Shown here piece after piece: positions 35,523 to 45,447 of a stretch of DNA of 64,000 bases. Each line of letters begins with the position of its first letter. Within the stretch, counting starts at the first letter, position 1. The stretch covers positions 294,606 through 358,605 of the forward strand of contig CAWHSF010000003.1 of assembly GCA_963832025.1 (NCBI GenBank), written 5' to 3'. The translations under genes were made by a program, and so were the position numbers. The DNA is from Candidatus Nomurabacteria bacterium (GTDB lineage: Bacteria; Patescibacteriota; Minisyncoccia; Phycocordibacterales; UBA9973). Below the pieces are notes generated by a model. The model worked only from the letters and a program-made list of their open reading frames with translations, did not search any database and was not told where the DNA came from.

Positions 35523-37799
35523 TTATTCAAAATGAAACTCAGAAGTTTTCTCGTGAACTTTCTGCTTTAAAAGCGGACAGCTTGCAAGCTCGGGATCTTT
35601 TTCTATCAGGGCGACGGCTTCCGCACGGGCAGCTTCTACCATCTTTATATTTTTTATTGCTTCCATACCGAGGTCGGTGATACCCCATTGTTTCGTGCCT
35701 CCAAGTTCTCCTGCGCCTCGCAGGGTCAAGTCCAATTCCGCCAATTCAAAACCATTCTTAGCAGTTTTTAATGCTTTCAATCTGGCGATTGTCTTTTCGC
35801 TTTTCGCATCAGCAAAAATATAACAATAAGCTTGGTATGTGCTGCGGATGACTCGTCCGCGGAGCTGGTGCAGTTGGGCGAGTCCAAAACGCTCTGCGCC
35901 TTCAATGATGATGATGGTTGCATTTGGAACATTCACGCCGACTTCTACCACAGATGTGGCGCATAAAATATTTATTTTCCCGGCGTTAAAATCTTCCATC
36001 ACTTGTTCTTTTTTTTCTTTACTCATTTTGCTGTGCAAGATTCCTATTTCGTATTCTGGAAAGATTTCTTTTTTCAAACGTTTAGCTTCGGCGGTGACAG
36101 ATTTAATCGCTTCATCCTGAATATTTCTGTCGGCACGCATATTTTTCTGCTGAAAAATTGCTTTTCTCGCGCCGTCGCGCTGCGAAGAGCGTCCAGAAAC
36201 ATTCAGGATTTCACTCCCAGCTTCTTCCTCTGCTTCAAAGATTCTTGGGCAAATCACATAAAGCTGCCTGCCATTTTTTAGTTCTTCTTTTATTTTTTCG
36301 TATGTTTCGCTTCGCTTGTTTGGCGTAATTATTTCCGTAATGATTTCTTTGCGTCCGGCTGGCATTTCGCTTAAAAGTGATAAATCCAAATCCCCATATA
36401 TGGTGAGCGCCAGAGTGCGGGGGATGGGTGTGGCAGTCATTGAAAGTAAATGCGGGGCTATGTTGTCTTTGCGTACCAGTTTTCTTCTTTGGGCTGTGCC
36501 GAAACGGTGTTGTTCATCAATCACGACCAAGGCCAGATTTTTGAATTTTACAGTTTTCTGAATGAGCGCATGAGTTCCGATTAAAATCGGTATTTCTCCG
36601 TTCGCCACCCATTTTAAAAGTTGCGCGCGAGATATGGTGGTCCATCCGCTTGGATTTACTTTTGATGGAAATTTTCTACAGCCGCTGCCGGTTATTAGTC
36701 CCACATTGATTGGCAAATGTCTAAAATATTGTATAAAAGATTCAAAATGTTGAGCCGCCAATATTTCCGTGGGTGCCATATATGCCACTTGTAGATTTCC
36801 AAAATCTTGGCCATTCGGTCTCTGTCTTACTGTCACGTAAGAAGCTGTCGCTGCCACAGCTGTTTTCCCGGAGCCGACATCTCCTTCTAACAACCTAGAC
36901 ATCGGGAAGTTTTTTCCCATATCTTCCAAAATTGTTTTTATGGAGTTTTTTTGTGAATTAGTCGGTTCAAAAGGAAAACGTTTCAAAAAATCTTGCACAT
37001 CTCTTGCCCCTCCATTTATTTGGAAAGATTTATTTTTTCTATATTCAAACTTGTCATGCTGGCGTTCCAGTTGAATGCAAAACACTTCTTCAAAAGCAAA
37101 TCTTTTTCTGGCAGATTCGGCATCATCTTTATTTTTTGGTTTATGAATCCAAATTAATGCTGTTTTTAAACTCGGTAAATGGTATTTTTTCAAAATTTCC
37201 ACTGGAATATAATCTTCTATTTTGCTCAATGTTTTTTCTTTGAATATTTTATCTAGCGCATGGTAAAACCACTTGGAAGTGATACCACGAGTTTCCGCAT
37301 AAATTGGATACGAGAATCCTGTGTTAGAAATATTATTTCCGTCTGCCCCGACAGGTTTGGCAAAAAGTGTCTCGTGTGAATCTATCGGCATGTAAGGTAA
37401 TTTTTCAAATTCTGGGTTTGCTAAATAAACACTATTTTTACCTTGCGTAACTTTGCCGGTTAGTTTCACACTCTCGCCATCATGTAACATCTTGGCAAGA
37501 TAAGCTTGATTGAACCAAGTAATTTTAATTTTTCCGGACAAATCTTCAATTTCTCCTTCGCCCATGGAAAGTTTGGAGCGAAAAGCCTTTTTAGTTTTTA
37601 ATTTGGAAACTTTCCCATAAACCGTGGCACTAGTGCCTACGGTTAGCTCACTGATTTTCATTACCGTGCTGACATCGCTATATCGAACAGGGAAGTGGAA
37701 AAGCAAGTCTGCCACAGAAAAAATATTGAGCTTCCGTAAAGCTCTTTTTTGATTTATATCCAGGCGGAATTTATCTTCCAATTTATCATGCAATTCCAT
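35523..37799 (-). CDS. recG: ATP-dependent DNA helicase RecG
   Basis: wedge domain + GDVGSGKTAVA Walker A, DEQHRFG, helicase C motifs. Confidence 0.93.
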   Translation of the reverse strand: MELHDKLEDKFRLDINQKRALRKLNIFSVADLLFHFPVRYSDVSTVMKISELTVGTSATVYGKVSKLKTKKAFRSKLSMGEGEIEDLSGKIKITWFNQAYLAKMLHDGESVKLTGKVTQGKNSVYLANPEFEKLPYMPIDSHETLFAKPVGADGNNISNTGFSYPIYAETRGITSKWFYHALDKIFKEKTLSKIEDYIPVEILKKYHLPSLKTALIWIHKPKNKDDAESARKRFAFEEVFCIQLERQHDKFEYRKNKSFQINGGARDVQDFLKRFPFEPTNSQKNSIKTILEDMGKNFPMSRLLEGDVGSGKTAVAATASYVTVRQRPNGQDFGNLQVAYMAPTEILAAQHFESFIQYFRHLPINVGLITGSGCRKFPSKVNPSGWTTISRAQLLKWVANGEIPILIGTHALIQKTVKFKNLALVVIDEQHRFGTAQRRKLVRKDNIAPHLLSMTATPIPRTLALTIYGDLDLSLLSEMPAGRKEIITEIITPNKRSETYEKIKEELKNGRQLYVICPRIFEAEEEAGSEILNVSGRSSQRDGARKAIFQQKNMRADRNIQDEAIKSVTAEAKRLKKEIFPEYEIGILHSKMSKEKKEQVMEDFNAGKINILCATSVVEVGVNVPNATIIIIEGAERFGLAQLHQLRGRVIRSTYQAYCYIFADAKSEKTIARLKALKTAKNGFELAELDLTLRGAGELGGTKQWGITDLGMEAIKNIKMVEAARAEAVALIEKDPELASCPLLKQKVHEKTSEFHFE

Positions 37800-37836
37800 A
37801 TTTGAATTATATAACTAAAAAGAGTACAATGCAGTT

Positions 37837-38085
37837 ATGGACACATCTTCACAATCAGAGCTTTTCTTCTTTATTTCTTCAGTGGGTTTTGTTTTTCTGT
37901 GGATTTTAGTAGCTATCTTTTTGTACTACCTTATTCGCGCTGCTAGTGCGTTATCCAGAATTACCGAAAAATTTGAAAAAAATATCAACAATATCGGAGA
38001 TACGACTAGAGAACTGCTTGATGATATGAAAGACAATATAATTTTTAAATTTCTTTTTGGAAAGAAAAGAAAATCCAAAAAATAA
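37837..38085 (+). CDS. hypothetical small membrane protein
   Basis: one TM helix, 82 aa. Confidence 0.4.
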   Translation: MDTSSQSELFFFISSVGFVFLWILVAIFLYYLIRAASALSRITEKFEKNINNIGDTTRELLDDMKDNIIFKFLFGKKRKSKK

Positions 38086-38154
38086 TTTGTAATAATTCTT
38101 GTTTTAAAACGGCTAGTATTAAGAACTGAGAATAAATAATTAATAACAATAGAT

Positions 38155-38544
38155 ATGAAAAAAGTTATGAAAAAGAAAAACGGAATGACAGGGGGAAAAA
38201 TGTTGGCGACGGGAGTGGGGATGGCGCTTGGCGCCGGAGCTTATTATTTGCTCGGCCCGGAAGGGAAGAAGCACCAAAAGAAAGTTTCGGATTTAATCGG
38301 TAAGATGAAAACAGAAGTAGAAAAGGAAGTAAAAAAATCAAAAGAAATCACTGTTCCTCTTTACCATAAAGTAGTAGACAGTATTTCCGCGGAATATGCC
38401 AAGCAATACGAGATGCACGAACCAGAAATTAAAGCTTTTACGAAAAAACTAAAAAGAGAATGGAAAGGTGCCGTAAAAAAAGCAAAAACAAAGCCAGTCA
38501 AGAAACTTGCCAAAACATCCAAGAAGAAAAAAGCCGTAAAGTAA
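38155..38544 (+). CDS. hypothetical Lys-rich protein (YtxH-like?)
   Basis: N-terminal TM, K/E-rich; terminator-like palindrome 38561-38625. Confidence 0.45.
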   Translation: MKKVMKKKNGMTGGKMLATGVGMALGAGAYYLLGPEGKKHQKKVSDLIGKMKTEVEKEVKKSKEITVPLYHKVVDSISAEYAKQYEMHEPEIKAFTKKLKREWKGAVKKAKTKPVKKLAKTSKKKKAVK

Positions 38545-38650
38545 AAATAAAGCCTCATTCTTGTTACAAGAAATACATTAAAATACTATTAAGAGTATTT
38601 CTTTGTAATATTTACAATACACGTTCGTCAAGGTTACAATAGTTTATGTT

Positions 38651-39190
38651 ATGAAAATACAGAAATTAATTATTGTAAATGGGTTGCCGGCGAGTGGCAA
38701 AACCAGTTTGGCAGAAGAGCTTTCACGTGAGTTGCATATTCCGATGTTCAACAAAGATGGAGTGAAAGAAGTTTTGTCCGACAGTATGAGGGTGGTCAGC
38801 GTGCAAGGGTCTCGCAGATTTAATGATCCCAGCTGGGCGCTGCTTTTTTATATTTCTAAAACACTTTTGACACACAAGTTTTCTGTTATCATAGAAGGGA
38901 ACTTTAAACCTAGTCCCGACATGGAAGAATTCGGACTGCAATTAAAAAATTCTGGTGTGACTATCATAGAGATTTTTTGTAAAGTACCCGGAGAGATTTT
39001 AGTGGACAGATTTACAAAAAGATTGGATGGGCGGCATCCTATCCACCCTCGGGTTATACCCTTGTCTTTTGTGCGAGAACTTCGAGCTAGTAAACTCACT
39101 CCGCTTAATATTGGTAAAACTTTAGAAATAGACACTTCCGATTTCTCAAAAATTCCATATAGAAAAATAATAAAATTCATCAGGAAATAA
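38651..39190 (+). CDS. P-loop kinase/ATPase (AAA_33-like)
   Basis: IVNGLPASGKTSLAEEL Walker A. Confidence 0.65.
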   Translation: MKIQKLIIVNGLPASGKTSLAEELSRELHIPMFNKDGVKEVLSDSMRVVSVQGSRRFNDPSWALLFYISKTLLTHKFSVIIEGNFKPSPDMEEFGLQLKNSGVTIIEIFCKVPGEILVDRFTKRLDGRHPIHPRVIPLSFVRELRASKLTPLNIGKTLEIDTSDFSKIPYRKIIKFIRK

Positions 39191-39192
39191 TT

Positions 39193-39263
39193 CCTCCAGA
39201 CGTTGGATTGACGTTGGACACCCGCCAAAGGCGGATGTCCAACGTCTGGAGGTTTATCCACAA
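39193..39263. repeat. palindromic repeat family A, extended copy A6
   Basis: CCTCCAGACGTTGGAttgacgTTGGACACCCGCCaaaGGCGGATGTCCAACGTCTGGAGGTTTATCCAC. Confidence 0.8.
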
Positions 39264-39277
39264 GTAAATTTAAAGTG

Positions 39278-39364
39278 CGGAGAGAGAGGGATTCGAACCC
39301 TCGGTCCTTTTAAGGGGACGACAGTTTAGTAAACTGTTGGTTTAAACCACTCACCCATCTCTCC
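39278..39364 (-). tRNA. type-II (long variable arm) tRNA, Ser-like, anticodon loop UUACUAA (apparent ACU anticodon, atypical)
   Basis: rc: GGAGAGA-UG-GGU..ACC-A-ACAGU-UUACUAA-ACUGU-long arm-CGAGGGUUCGAAUCCCUC-UCUCUCC-G. Confidence 0.6.
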
Positions 39365-39454
39365 ATAGCCCACCAACATAAAATGAGTATAGCATATAAA
39401 AAATGGAAAAATAGCTGAAATATGCTAGAGTAATTAAGTTATAAAAAAATAAAA

Positions 39455-39543
39455 GGAGCCGTGTCAGAGCGGTCTAACGTACCTCTTTGCTAAAGAGGCA
39501 GGGGCTTCAAAACCCCTCGGCGGTTCGAATCCGCCCGGCTCCG
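39455..39543 (+). tRNA. tRNA-Ser (anticodon GCU), type II
   Basis: acceptor GGAGCCG/CGGCUCC, anticodon stem CCUCU/AGAGG loop UUGCUAA, long variable arm, T GGCGG-UUCGAAU-CCGCC; D-arm non-canonical. Confidence 0.7.
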
Positions 39544-39576
39544 CAGCTAATATTTCTTCTGTGTTATACTCAAAAG

Positions 39577-41187
39577 ATGGGATTTTTGAGACGAAATAAA
39601 TATAAATTCGTGGTTTTAGGATTTTTTATCACATTTCCCTTTTTTTCTTTTGCGGGCGGAATTAATTATGGAGATATTCTTTCTCAGGGAACTGATTCTT
39701 TTGTTTTGAAATATGGCAACACGGACAATCCGGATTATTATACATGCACGGTTAGCAGCTTGTCTTGTGTTGATGCCGGCAAAAATATTCCAACCTTGCC
39801 GGCAAGTGGCACGACCAGTGCTTCGCCGCGTTTTTCTTATTCCACCAGTTCATATTTTAAAAACAATATTCATACCAGATATCTTTATTTGACGGACAAT
39901 GTTACCGGCAAAACTTACACCCGAAGCTATCGCCTGAGTTCTTGGGATACACTGGGAGATGAAGGGACGATTGTCGCATTTTCTCCGGATTATACGCGCA
40001 TGGTTTATCAGGATGATTCCAGCGGTTATCCGGTTCTTTATTCGCTCAACCTTACGACCTTAAAGGGAAAAACTTTTAAAGGCACAAAAATTTTTACCAA
40101 ATCTATTACTGTCAACGGTTTTAATTTAACCAGCGCCAATGATTTATATTTTATTTCCAACGAGTCCGGTCCTTATGCCTGGGATTTATATAAATATGAT
40201 TTTTCGACCAAAACCACTTCTGTTATAGCTAAAAACGCTTCTTATGCTTTTAAAATAAGAAGATGGGCGGACGGAATTACTTTTTTTGTGATACAAGGTG
40301 CTTCATCTTTTCCAGAATTTTATAATGAAACGACCAATCAAATCCAAAGATTTTCCGGTTTAACGACAGACACTTCCGCTCCGGTTGCAAACAGTCAAGA
40401 CGTATCTTTTAGTGGCGGGATGCACGGAGTTTTAATGACGCCACAAAATTTTGATAAAAATTTACCACACCAACTGGTGATTTGGCTTCATGGCGGTCCA
40501 TATAGACAAACACATTTAGGCTATGATGTTTATGCGAGTTATGCTGTTTATGATTTGACATTAAATCAATTGGCGGCAAACAACGTGATTGTTTTGAAAC
40601 TAGATTATCGAGGAAGTTATGGATACGGTGGAACTTTTGCAAAAGAAATTCTAAAAAATGTCGGTAGAGGAGATGTGACCGATGTGGTAAACGCAGAAGC
40701 ATTAATCAAAAAAGATTTTTCCATTTCAGACACTTATTTGATGGGTAATAGCTATGGCGGTTACCTGGCACTCCGCAGTCTCGTAGCTTATCCGGCAAGA
40801 TTTAGCGGAGCAATTTCCATCAACGGAGTCACCGACTGGGCGACGATGCTCAAACTTTTAAAAACTTCCATATTTAATGTGGACTTCGGTGGCTTGCCAA
40901 ATAAAAGCAACGCAACCCTCTATGCCAAAGCTTCAATTCTTTCTCGTATTAGTGACTTAACCAACCAAAAAATAATTTTGATGCAATCCCAGGCTGATAG
41001 AACGGTTCCTCCTTCGCAAGCCACTTTGCTTTATAACGCCCTGCAGGCTAAAGGAAAAAATGTTCAGTTTATTCCGTATTCCGGAGAAGATCACACTTTC
41101 ACCAAAACGGCTGACATTGAGAATATCTGCCAAAATGTGTTCAACACACTTTCTATACCACTCAATGATAATTGCAGTTTTCAATAG
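39577..41187 (+). CDS. secreted S9-family (prolyl oligopeptidase/dienelactone hydrolase-type) alpha/beta hydrolase
   Basis: signal peptide; LHGGPYRQT, GNSYGGYLA (GxSxG), C-terminal D..H triad region. Confidence 0.75.
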   Translation: MGFLRRNKYKFVVLGFFITFPFFSFAGGINYGDILSQGTDSFVLKYGNTDNPDYYTCTVSSLSCVDAGKNIPTLPASGTTSASPRFSYSTSSYFKNNIHTRYLYLTDNVTGKTYTRSYRLSSWDTLGDEGTIVAFSPDYTRMVYQDDSSGYPVLYSLNLTTLKGKTFKGTKIFTKSITVNGFNLTSANDLYFISNESGPYAWDLYKYDFSTKTTSVIAKNASYAFKIRRWADGITFFVIQGASSFPEFYNETTNQIQRFSGLTTDTSAPVANSQDVSFSGGMHGVLMTPQNFDKNLPHQLVIWLHGGPYRQTHLGYDVYASYAVYDLTLNQLAANNVIVLKLDYRGSYGYGGTFAKEILKNVGRGDVTDVVNAEALIKKDFSISDTYLMGNSYGGYLALRSLVAYPARFSGAISINGVTDWATMLKLLKTSIFNVDFGGLPNKSNATLYAKASILSRISDLTNQKIILMQSQADRTVPPSQATLLYNALQAKGKNVQFIPYSGEDHTFTKTADIENICQNVFNTLSIPLNDNCSFQ

Positions 41188-42348
41188 TTAGTGCGTGTGA
41201 TGAAAATGACTTAAATCTTTTTCTTCTTTTTGCAGTTGTTCTTTTTCTAAAACTTGCTTACCTTTCGGTATGAGTATAATCACTGAAAGGATGGTAGTAA
41301 TCGGCACCGCGAGCACGAGGCCGATGCTGCCGATTAAAATTCGGATAATTTCTGTGGCAAAAACTTCGCGATTGATGATGATTGCAAAGCTGGCGTCCGC
41401 TCCGGAATAAAAAAGAAGTAAAAGCGGAAGCGATGCGCCGACGTAAGCGATGGCGAGAGTGTTTACCAAGGCGCCGATGTGTTCTCGGCCGATACGAATT
41501 GCTCTTTTATATATTGTCCATCTGCTTAAATGTTTCGCAACGTTATGCAATTCTTCTACGGCGATTGATTGTCCTATAGACACATCATAAAGCACCCCCA
41601 AAAGTCCAATCATAATTCCGCCCATCAAAAGACCAACCAAATCAATTCCACCGGTAGTATCAAAATTAAGATAAATCGATTCGTCGCCAGTGATGCCGGT
41701 AAGCTGGCTTTGGTGCACAGCATAAAATGCCATGATGCCGGTGATTATCACGGTGACAATCATTCCAATAACCGCCGACGAAGTTGTTTTATTGAATCCG
41801 TGCGTGATATAAGAACCCAAAATAATAATAATTGAAGAAACTACGATACTTACCAAAAGAGGGGAGAATCCGTGCAGAATTGCCGGAAGCAGGACAAAGG
41901 TTATGACCAGTAAACTTCCGCACAGACTGAGGAGTCCGCGCAATCCTTGTAAGCCTCCGAAAATTAACACTAGAGCAATAAATAAAATTGCGAAAAACAA
42001 AAGCACCGGAACGCGATCGGGCTCAAAGACACTATATATATAACTTCCATCCGGTTGTGCCGTGGAATTGAGATAAAAAATATCACCACTTTTTAGCATT
42101 ACGTAATCATTGTCAAAAATTACAGTTTTTCCGCTGTCTGTTCCGGAAGTTATCTGCGCTTCCAGACTTTGCGTGGGGATGGGCGTGGAGCTTCCCGGCA
42201 AAAGTTCGGTAGATGTCGTCAGCACATCCAACACCTTCGCTTTAACAATGGTCGCTTGATTTTGCGTTTGGGCATGAGCCTCGAAAGAGAAGAGAGCAAA
42301 CGCGCCGAATATGATTACAAAGAAAAATAAATATTTAAAATATCGCAT
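41188..42348 (-). CDS. polytopic membrane protein, YibE/F-like
   Basis: signal/TM + ~100-aa extracytoplasmic domain + ~8 TM helices; family call tentative. Confidence 0.45.
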   Translation of the reverse strand: MRYFKYLFFFVIIFGAFALFSFEAHAQTQNQATIVKAKVLDVLTTSTELLPGSSTPIPTQSLEAQITSGTDSGKTVIFDNDYVMLKSGDIFYLNSTAQPDGSYIYSVFEPDRVPVLLFFAILFIALVLIFGGLQGLRGLLSLCGSLLVITFVLLPAILHGFSPLLVSIVVSSIIIILGSYITHGFNKTTSSAVIGMIVTVIITGIMAFYAVHQSQLTGITGDESIYLNFDTTGGIDLVGLLMGGIMIGLLGVLYDVSIGQSIAVEELHNVAKHLSRWTIYKRAIRIGREHIGALVNTLAIAYVGASLPLLLLFYSGADASFAIIINREVFATEIIRILIGSIGLVLAVPITTILSVIILIPKGKQVLEKEQLQKEEKDLSHFHHTH

Positions 42349-42394
42349 GAACGTATATTTTACTATAACTTTCTTTGATTATCCACTTTCCTAC

Positions 42395-42423
42395 TTGCAA
42401 ATGATTTGCGTTTAGGTTATAGT
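42395..42423 (+). promoter_or_regulatory. znu promoter TTGCAA-17-TATAGT overlapped by palindromic Zur/Fur-type operator GCAAATGATTTGC
   Basis: 13-bp near-perfect palindrome 42397-42409 inside spacer; Fur-family regulator encoded at operon end. Confidence 0.5.
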
Positions 42424-42454
42424 CACATTGCGGAATTATCAATAAAAAAATAAC

Positions 42455-43378
42455 ATGAATAAAAAAATAATTATTTGGATTGTAGTCCTTTTGGTGGTGG
42501 TTGTAGGAGCGGGAATAATTTTTAGCAAAAAAGCTGCTGCTCCTTTGGCAAACAACTCCAAGGTGGTGCAGATTGTCGCGGCGGAAAATTTTTGGGGAAG
42601 TTTAATCTCGCAATTGGGTGGTATTCACGTAAACGTTGTCAGTATCGTTTCTGACCCGAATGCCGATCCGCACGAATATGAGAGCGACACCACTAACGCA
42701 CGGGAAGTGGCAAATGCTGATTACGTAATAGAAAATGGAGCTGGATATGACAGCTGGATGGATAAACTTCTTTCTGCCGGCGGGAACCCAAACCGCAAAG
42801 TTTTGAACGCAGCTCTTTTGCTTGGTAAAAAAGACGGAGACAATCCACATTTTTGGTATAACCCACAATATGTAAATCAAGTTATTTTTCAGATGAAACA
42901 AGATTTGATTGCGATTGACCCTACCAATTCTGATTATTATAATTCTCAATATACTTTATTACAGACAGCGCTAAAACCTTATCAAAATAGAGTTTTGTCC
43001 ATCAAGCAGCAATTTGGCGGCACAAACATTGCTGCCACCGAAAGCATCTTTGTTTATCCGGCTCAAGCTCTAGGACTCAATCTTGTATCACCAACTCAAT
43101 TTATGAATGCCATCGATGAAGGCAATGATCCTTCTGCGCAGAGCGTCATTCAGTTTGAAGATTTGCTGAAAAATAATCAGGTGAAAGTGTTGGTTTACAA
43201 TGAACAGACCGTTACGCCGATTACTTTGACTATGAAAAAACTAGCGGGAGATGCTAATATACCTGTTGTGGGCATAACGGAAACCATCCAACCACCAGAC
43301 GCGTCTTTTCAAGATTGGATGAACTCTGAACTTATTAATTTGGAAAATGCTCTTAATGCAAATGCGCTTGGCAAATAA
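42455..43378 (+). CDS. znuA: metal (Zn/Mn) ABC transporter substrate-binding protein, TroA/ZnuA family
   Basis: VAAENFWGSLISQLGG...DPHEYE...NPHFWYNP metal-ligand motifs. Confidence 0.85.
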   Translation: MNKKIIIWIVVLLVVVVGAGIIFSKKAAAPLANNSKVVQIVAAENFWGSLISQLGGIHVNVVSIVSDPNADPHEYESDTTNAREVANADYVIENGAGYDSWMDKLLSAGGNPNRKVLNAALLLGKKDGDNPHFWYNPQYVNQVIFQMKQDLIAIDPTNSDYYNSQYTLLQTALKPYQNRVLSIKQQFGGTNIAATESIFVYPAQALGLNLVSPTQFMNAIDEGNDPSAQSVIQFEDLLKNNQVKVLVYNEQTVTPITLTMKKLAGDANIPVVGITETIQPPDASFQDWMNSELINLENALNANALGK

Positions 43379-43383
43379 TTTTT

Positions 43384-44187
43384 ATGTTAGAAAAAGAAAA
43401 AATAATAATAGCCAAGAATCTTTCTGTGGGATACGGAGAAAAAATTGTTTGGGAAAACACCAATTTTTCTGTTACCAGGGGAGAATTTGTGGCTATTATC
43501 GGACCTAATGGTTCCGGTAAGACGACTTTGTTGCGTGTATTGCTTGGACTTCTGGGTCCGCGCTCAGGCGAAATTCTATTATTTGGAAAAAAACCAGAGA
43601 AGGGAAATAAACGAATAGGATATATTCCACAAAGACATATTGTTGACACCGGAACAACAATCGAAGCTCTTGAAATCGTTCGTCTCGGGGCATGCAACTG
43701 TCGATGGGGATTTGATTTGCCGGCGAAAGCAAAAGCTGAAAGAGACGAAGCTTTGAAAGCACTCCGCGCGGTCGGCGCCGAAGAATTTGCACACCGACCA
43801 CTGGTTTCTCTTTCTGGTGGAGAATTGCAAAGAGTTTTTTTGGCGCAAGCTTTAGTCGGAAATCCAGAGTTGTTGCTTTTAGACGAACCGCTTGCAAATC
43901 TTGACATACGTCGTGAAAATGAAATGGTTCAGTTGGTAAAAGAGATTGCGCGCTCGAGGGGTGTCACAGTCTTGCTTATTGCTCACAATATAAATCCGCT
44001 GCTTGGAGCGCTAGACACTGCCATATATGTAGCTGGCGGAAAAGTTGTCGCTGGAAAACCGGAAGAAGTTCTGACATCGGAAGCCCTTTCAAAATTATAT
44101 GGATCAGAAGTGGAAGTGCTCCGAGATTCGCGTGGTCGCGTGGCTATTTTAGGAGTAGAAAATAACGATTTACATCATCATGAATAA
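43384..44187 (+). CDS. znuC: metal ABC transporter ATP-binding protein
   Basis: GPNGSGKTTLLRVLLG, LSGGELQRVFLAQAL, LLLDEP. Confidence 0.9.
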   Translation: MLEKEKIIIAKNLSVGYGEKIVWENTNFSVTRGEFVAIIGPNGSGKTTLLRVLLGLLGPRSGEILLFGKKPEKGNKRIGYIPQRHIVDTGTTIEALEIVRLGACNCRWGFDLPAKAKAERDEALKALRAVGAEEFAHRPLVSLSGGELQRVFLAQALVGNPELLLLDEPLANLDIRRENEMVQLVKEIARSRGVTVLLIAHNINPLLGALDTAIYVAGGKVVAGKPEEVLTSEALSKLYGSEVEVLRDSRGRVAILGVENNDLHHHE

Positions 44188-45013
44188 TCCTTATTTCAGT
44201 TTTAATATCATATCTGATTTACATACCATATTCGCGTATGCTTTTATGCGCAATGCATTCCTGGCTGGAACAATTGTCGCAATTATTGCTGGAGCGGTTG
44301 GGTATTTTGTCGTCTTACGCCGTTCGTCTTTTGCGGCGCATGGTTTATCTCATGCCGGTTTTACTGGTGCGGCCGGAGCGGTGCTTTTAGGTATTAATCC
44401 GATTCTTGGGTTGCTTGTGTTTACCGTAGGAGGCGCTCTGTTAATGGGTTCTCTGGGACGACGCACAAGCAATAGAGATGTAGAGATAGGAACAGTGCTG
44501 GCCTTCATGCTTGGTCTTGGGATCCTTTTTATTAGTTTATATTCCGGGTATGCGACTGAGGCGTATTCTCTTTTGTTCGGTGAAATTCTGGGTATTAGTT
44601 CCGCCAGTGTAATCATAACGCTGATTGCTGGATGTTTTATTTTGGCAATGCTTGCCACTCTTTACCGTCCCCTCGTATTTACTTCGCTTGATGAAGATGT
44701 GGCTGAAGCAAAAGGTGTCTCAATCTCTTTAATTTCCGTCGGTTTTATGGTTTTAGTTGGTGTAGCTACTTCCATTGCGGTGCAAGTGGTCGGTGTTCTT
44801 TTGATTTTTGCTTTAATGGTTACTCCGGCCGCGATTGCGACTCGTTTTACCAAACGCCCGGCTAGCGGTATGATGTTGTCAATCACTATCGCACTTTTAG
44901 TAACATGGATTTCTTTGTTCGTCTCATTTTATTTGCCATATCCGGTAAGTTTCTTTATCACCAGCATTGTTTTTGCCACTTATCTTTTTTCACGTTTTAT
45001 TAAAACAGTTTAA
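44180..45013 (+). CDS. znuB: metal ABC transporter permease
   Basis: 277 aa, ~8 TM, ABC-3 family pattern. Confidence 0.85.
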   Translation: MNNPYFSFNIISDLHTIFAYAFMRNAFLAGTIVAIIAGAVGYFVVLRRSSFAAHGLSHAGFTGAAGAVLLGINPILGLLVFTVGGALLMGSLGRRTSNRDVEIGTVLAFMLGLGILFISLYSGYATEAYSLLFGEILGISSASVIITLIAGCFILAMLATLYRPLVFTSLDEDVAEAKGVSISLISVGFMVLVGVATSIAVQVVGVLLIFALMVTPAAIATRFTKRPASGMMLSITIALLVTWISLFVSFYLPYPVSFFITSIVFATYLFSRFIKTV

Positions 45014-45020
45014 AACTTTT

Positions 45021-45443
45021 ATGAAAACAAAACAGGACTTCAAAAAAATACTACAACAAGCTGGACTTAAAAATACAATTCCACGATTGATTATTTTGAA
45101 AACGCTTTTTGAAATTATGCATCCGGAAACGGCGCAAAAAATACACAAAAAATTAAAAAACAGTAAAATTGATTTAGTCACTTTATACCGTACCCTTGCT
45201 TCCTTTGAAAAGAACCAGTTGGTAAAAAGAATAGACTTGCACCAAGATGCAATTTACTATGAACTTGATTCAGATCATCATCACCATATCGTTTGTACAG
45301 AGTGTAATAAACTGGAACGTTTTGAAAATCCGGAAATTGAAAAAGTTCTGACTCAAATTGTCTCAAAATCCGCAAAATTCAAAAATATCAAAGAACACTC
45401 TTTGGAACTTTTTGGAGTCTGTAACGCATGTGTAAAAAATTAA
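45021..45443 (+). CDS. zur: Fur-family transcriptional regulator (likely Zur)
   Basis: winged helix + HHHHIVCTECNKLERF...GVCNAC metal sites. Confidence 0.82.
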   Translation: MKTKQDFKKILQQAGLKNTIPRLIILKTLFEIMHPETAQKIHKKLKNSKIDLVTLYRTLASFEKNQLVKRIDLHQDAIYYELDSDHHHHIVCTECNKLERFENPEIEKVLTQIVSKSAKFKNIKEHSLELFGVCNACVKN

Positions 45444-45447
45444 ATCA

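Noticed and set aside
35839-37243. Four plus-strand ORFs of 79-93 aa
   Set aside because: They are antisense inside recG, which is intact and well supported.
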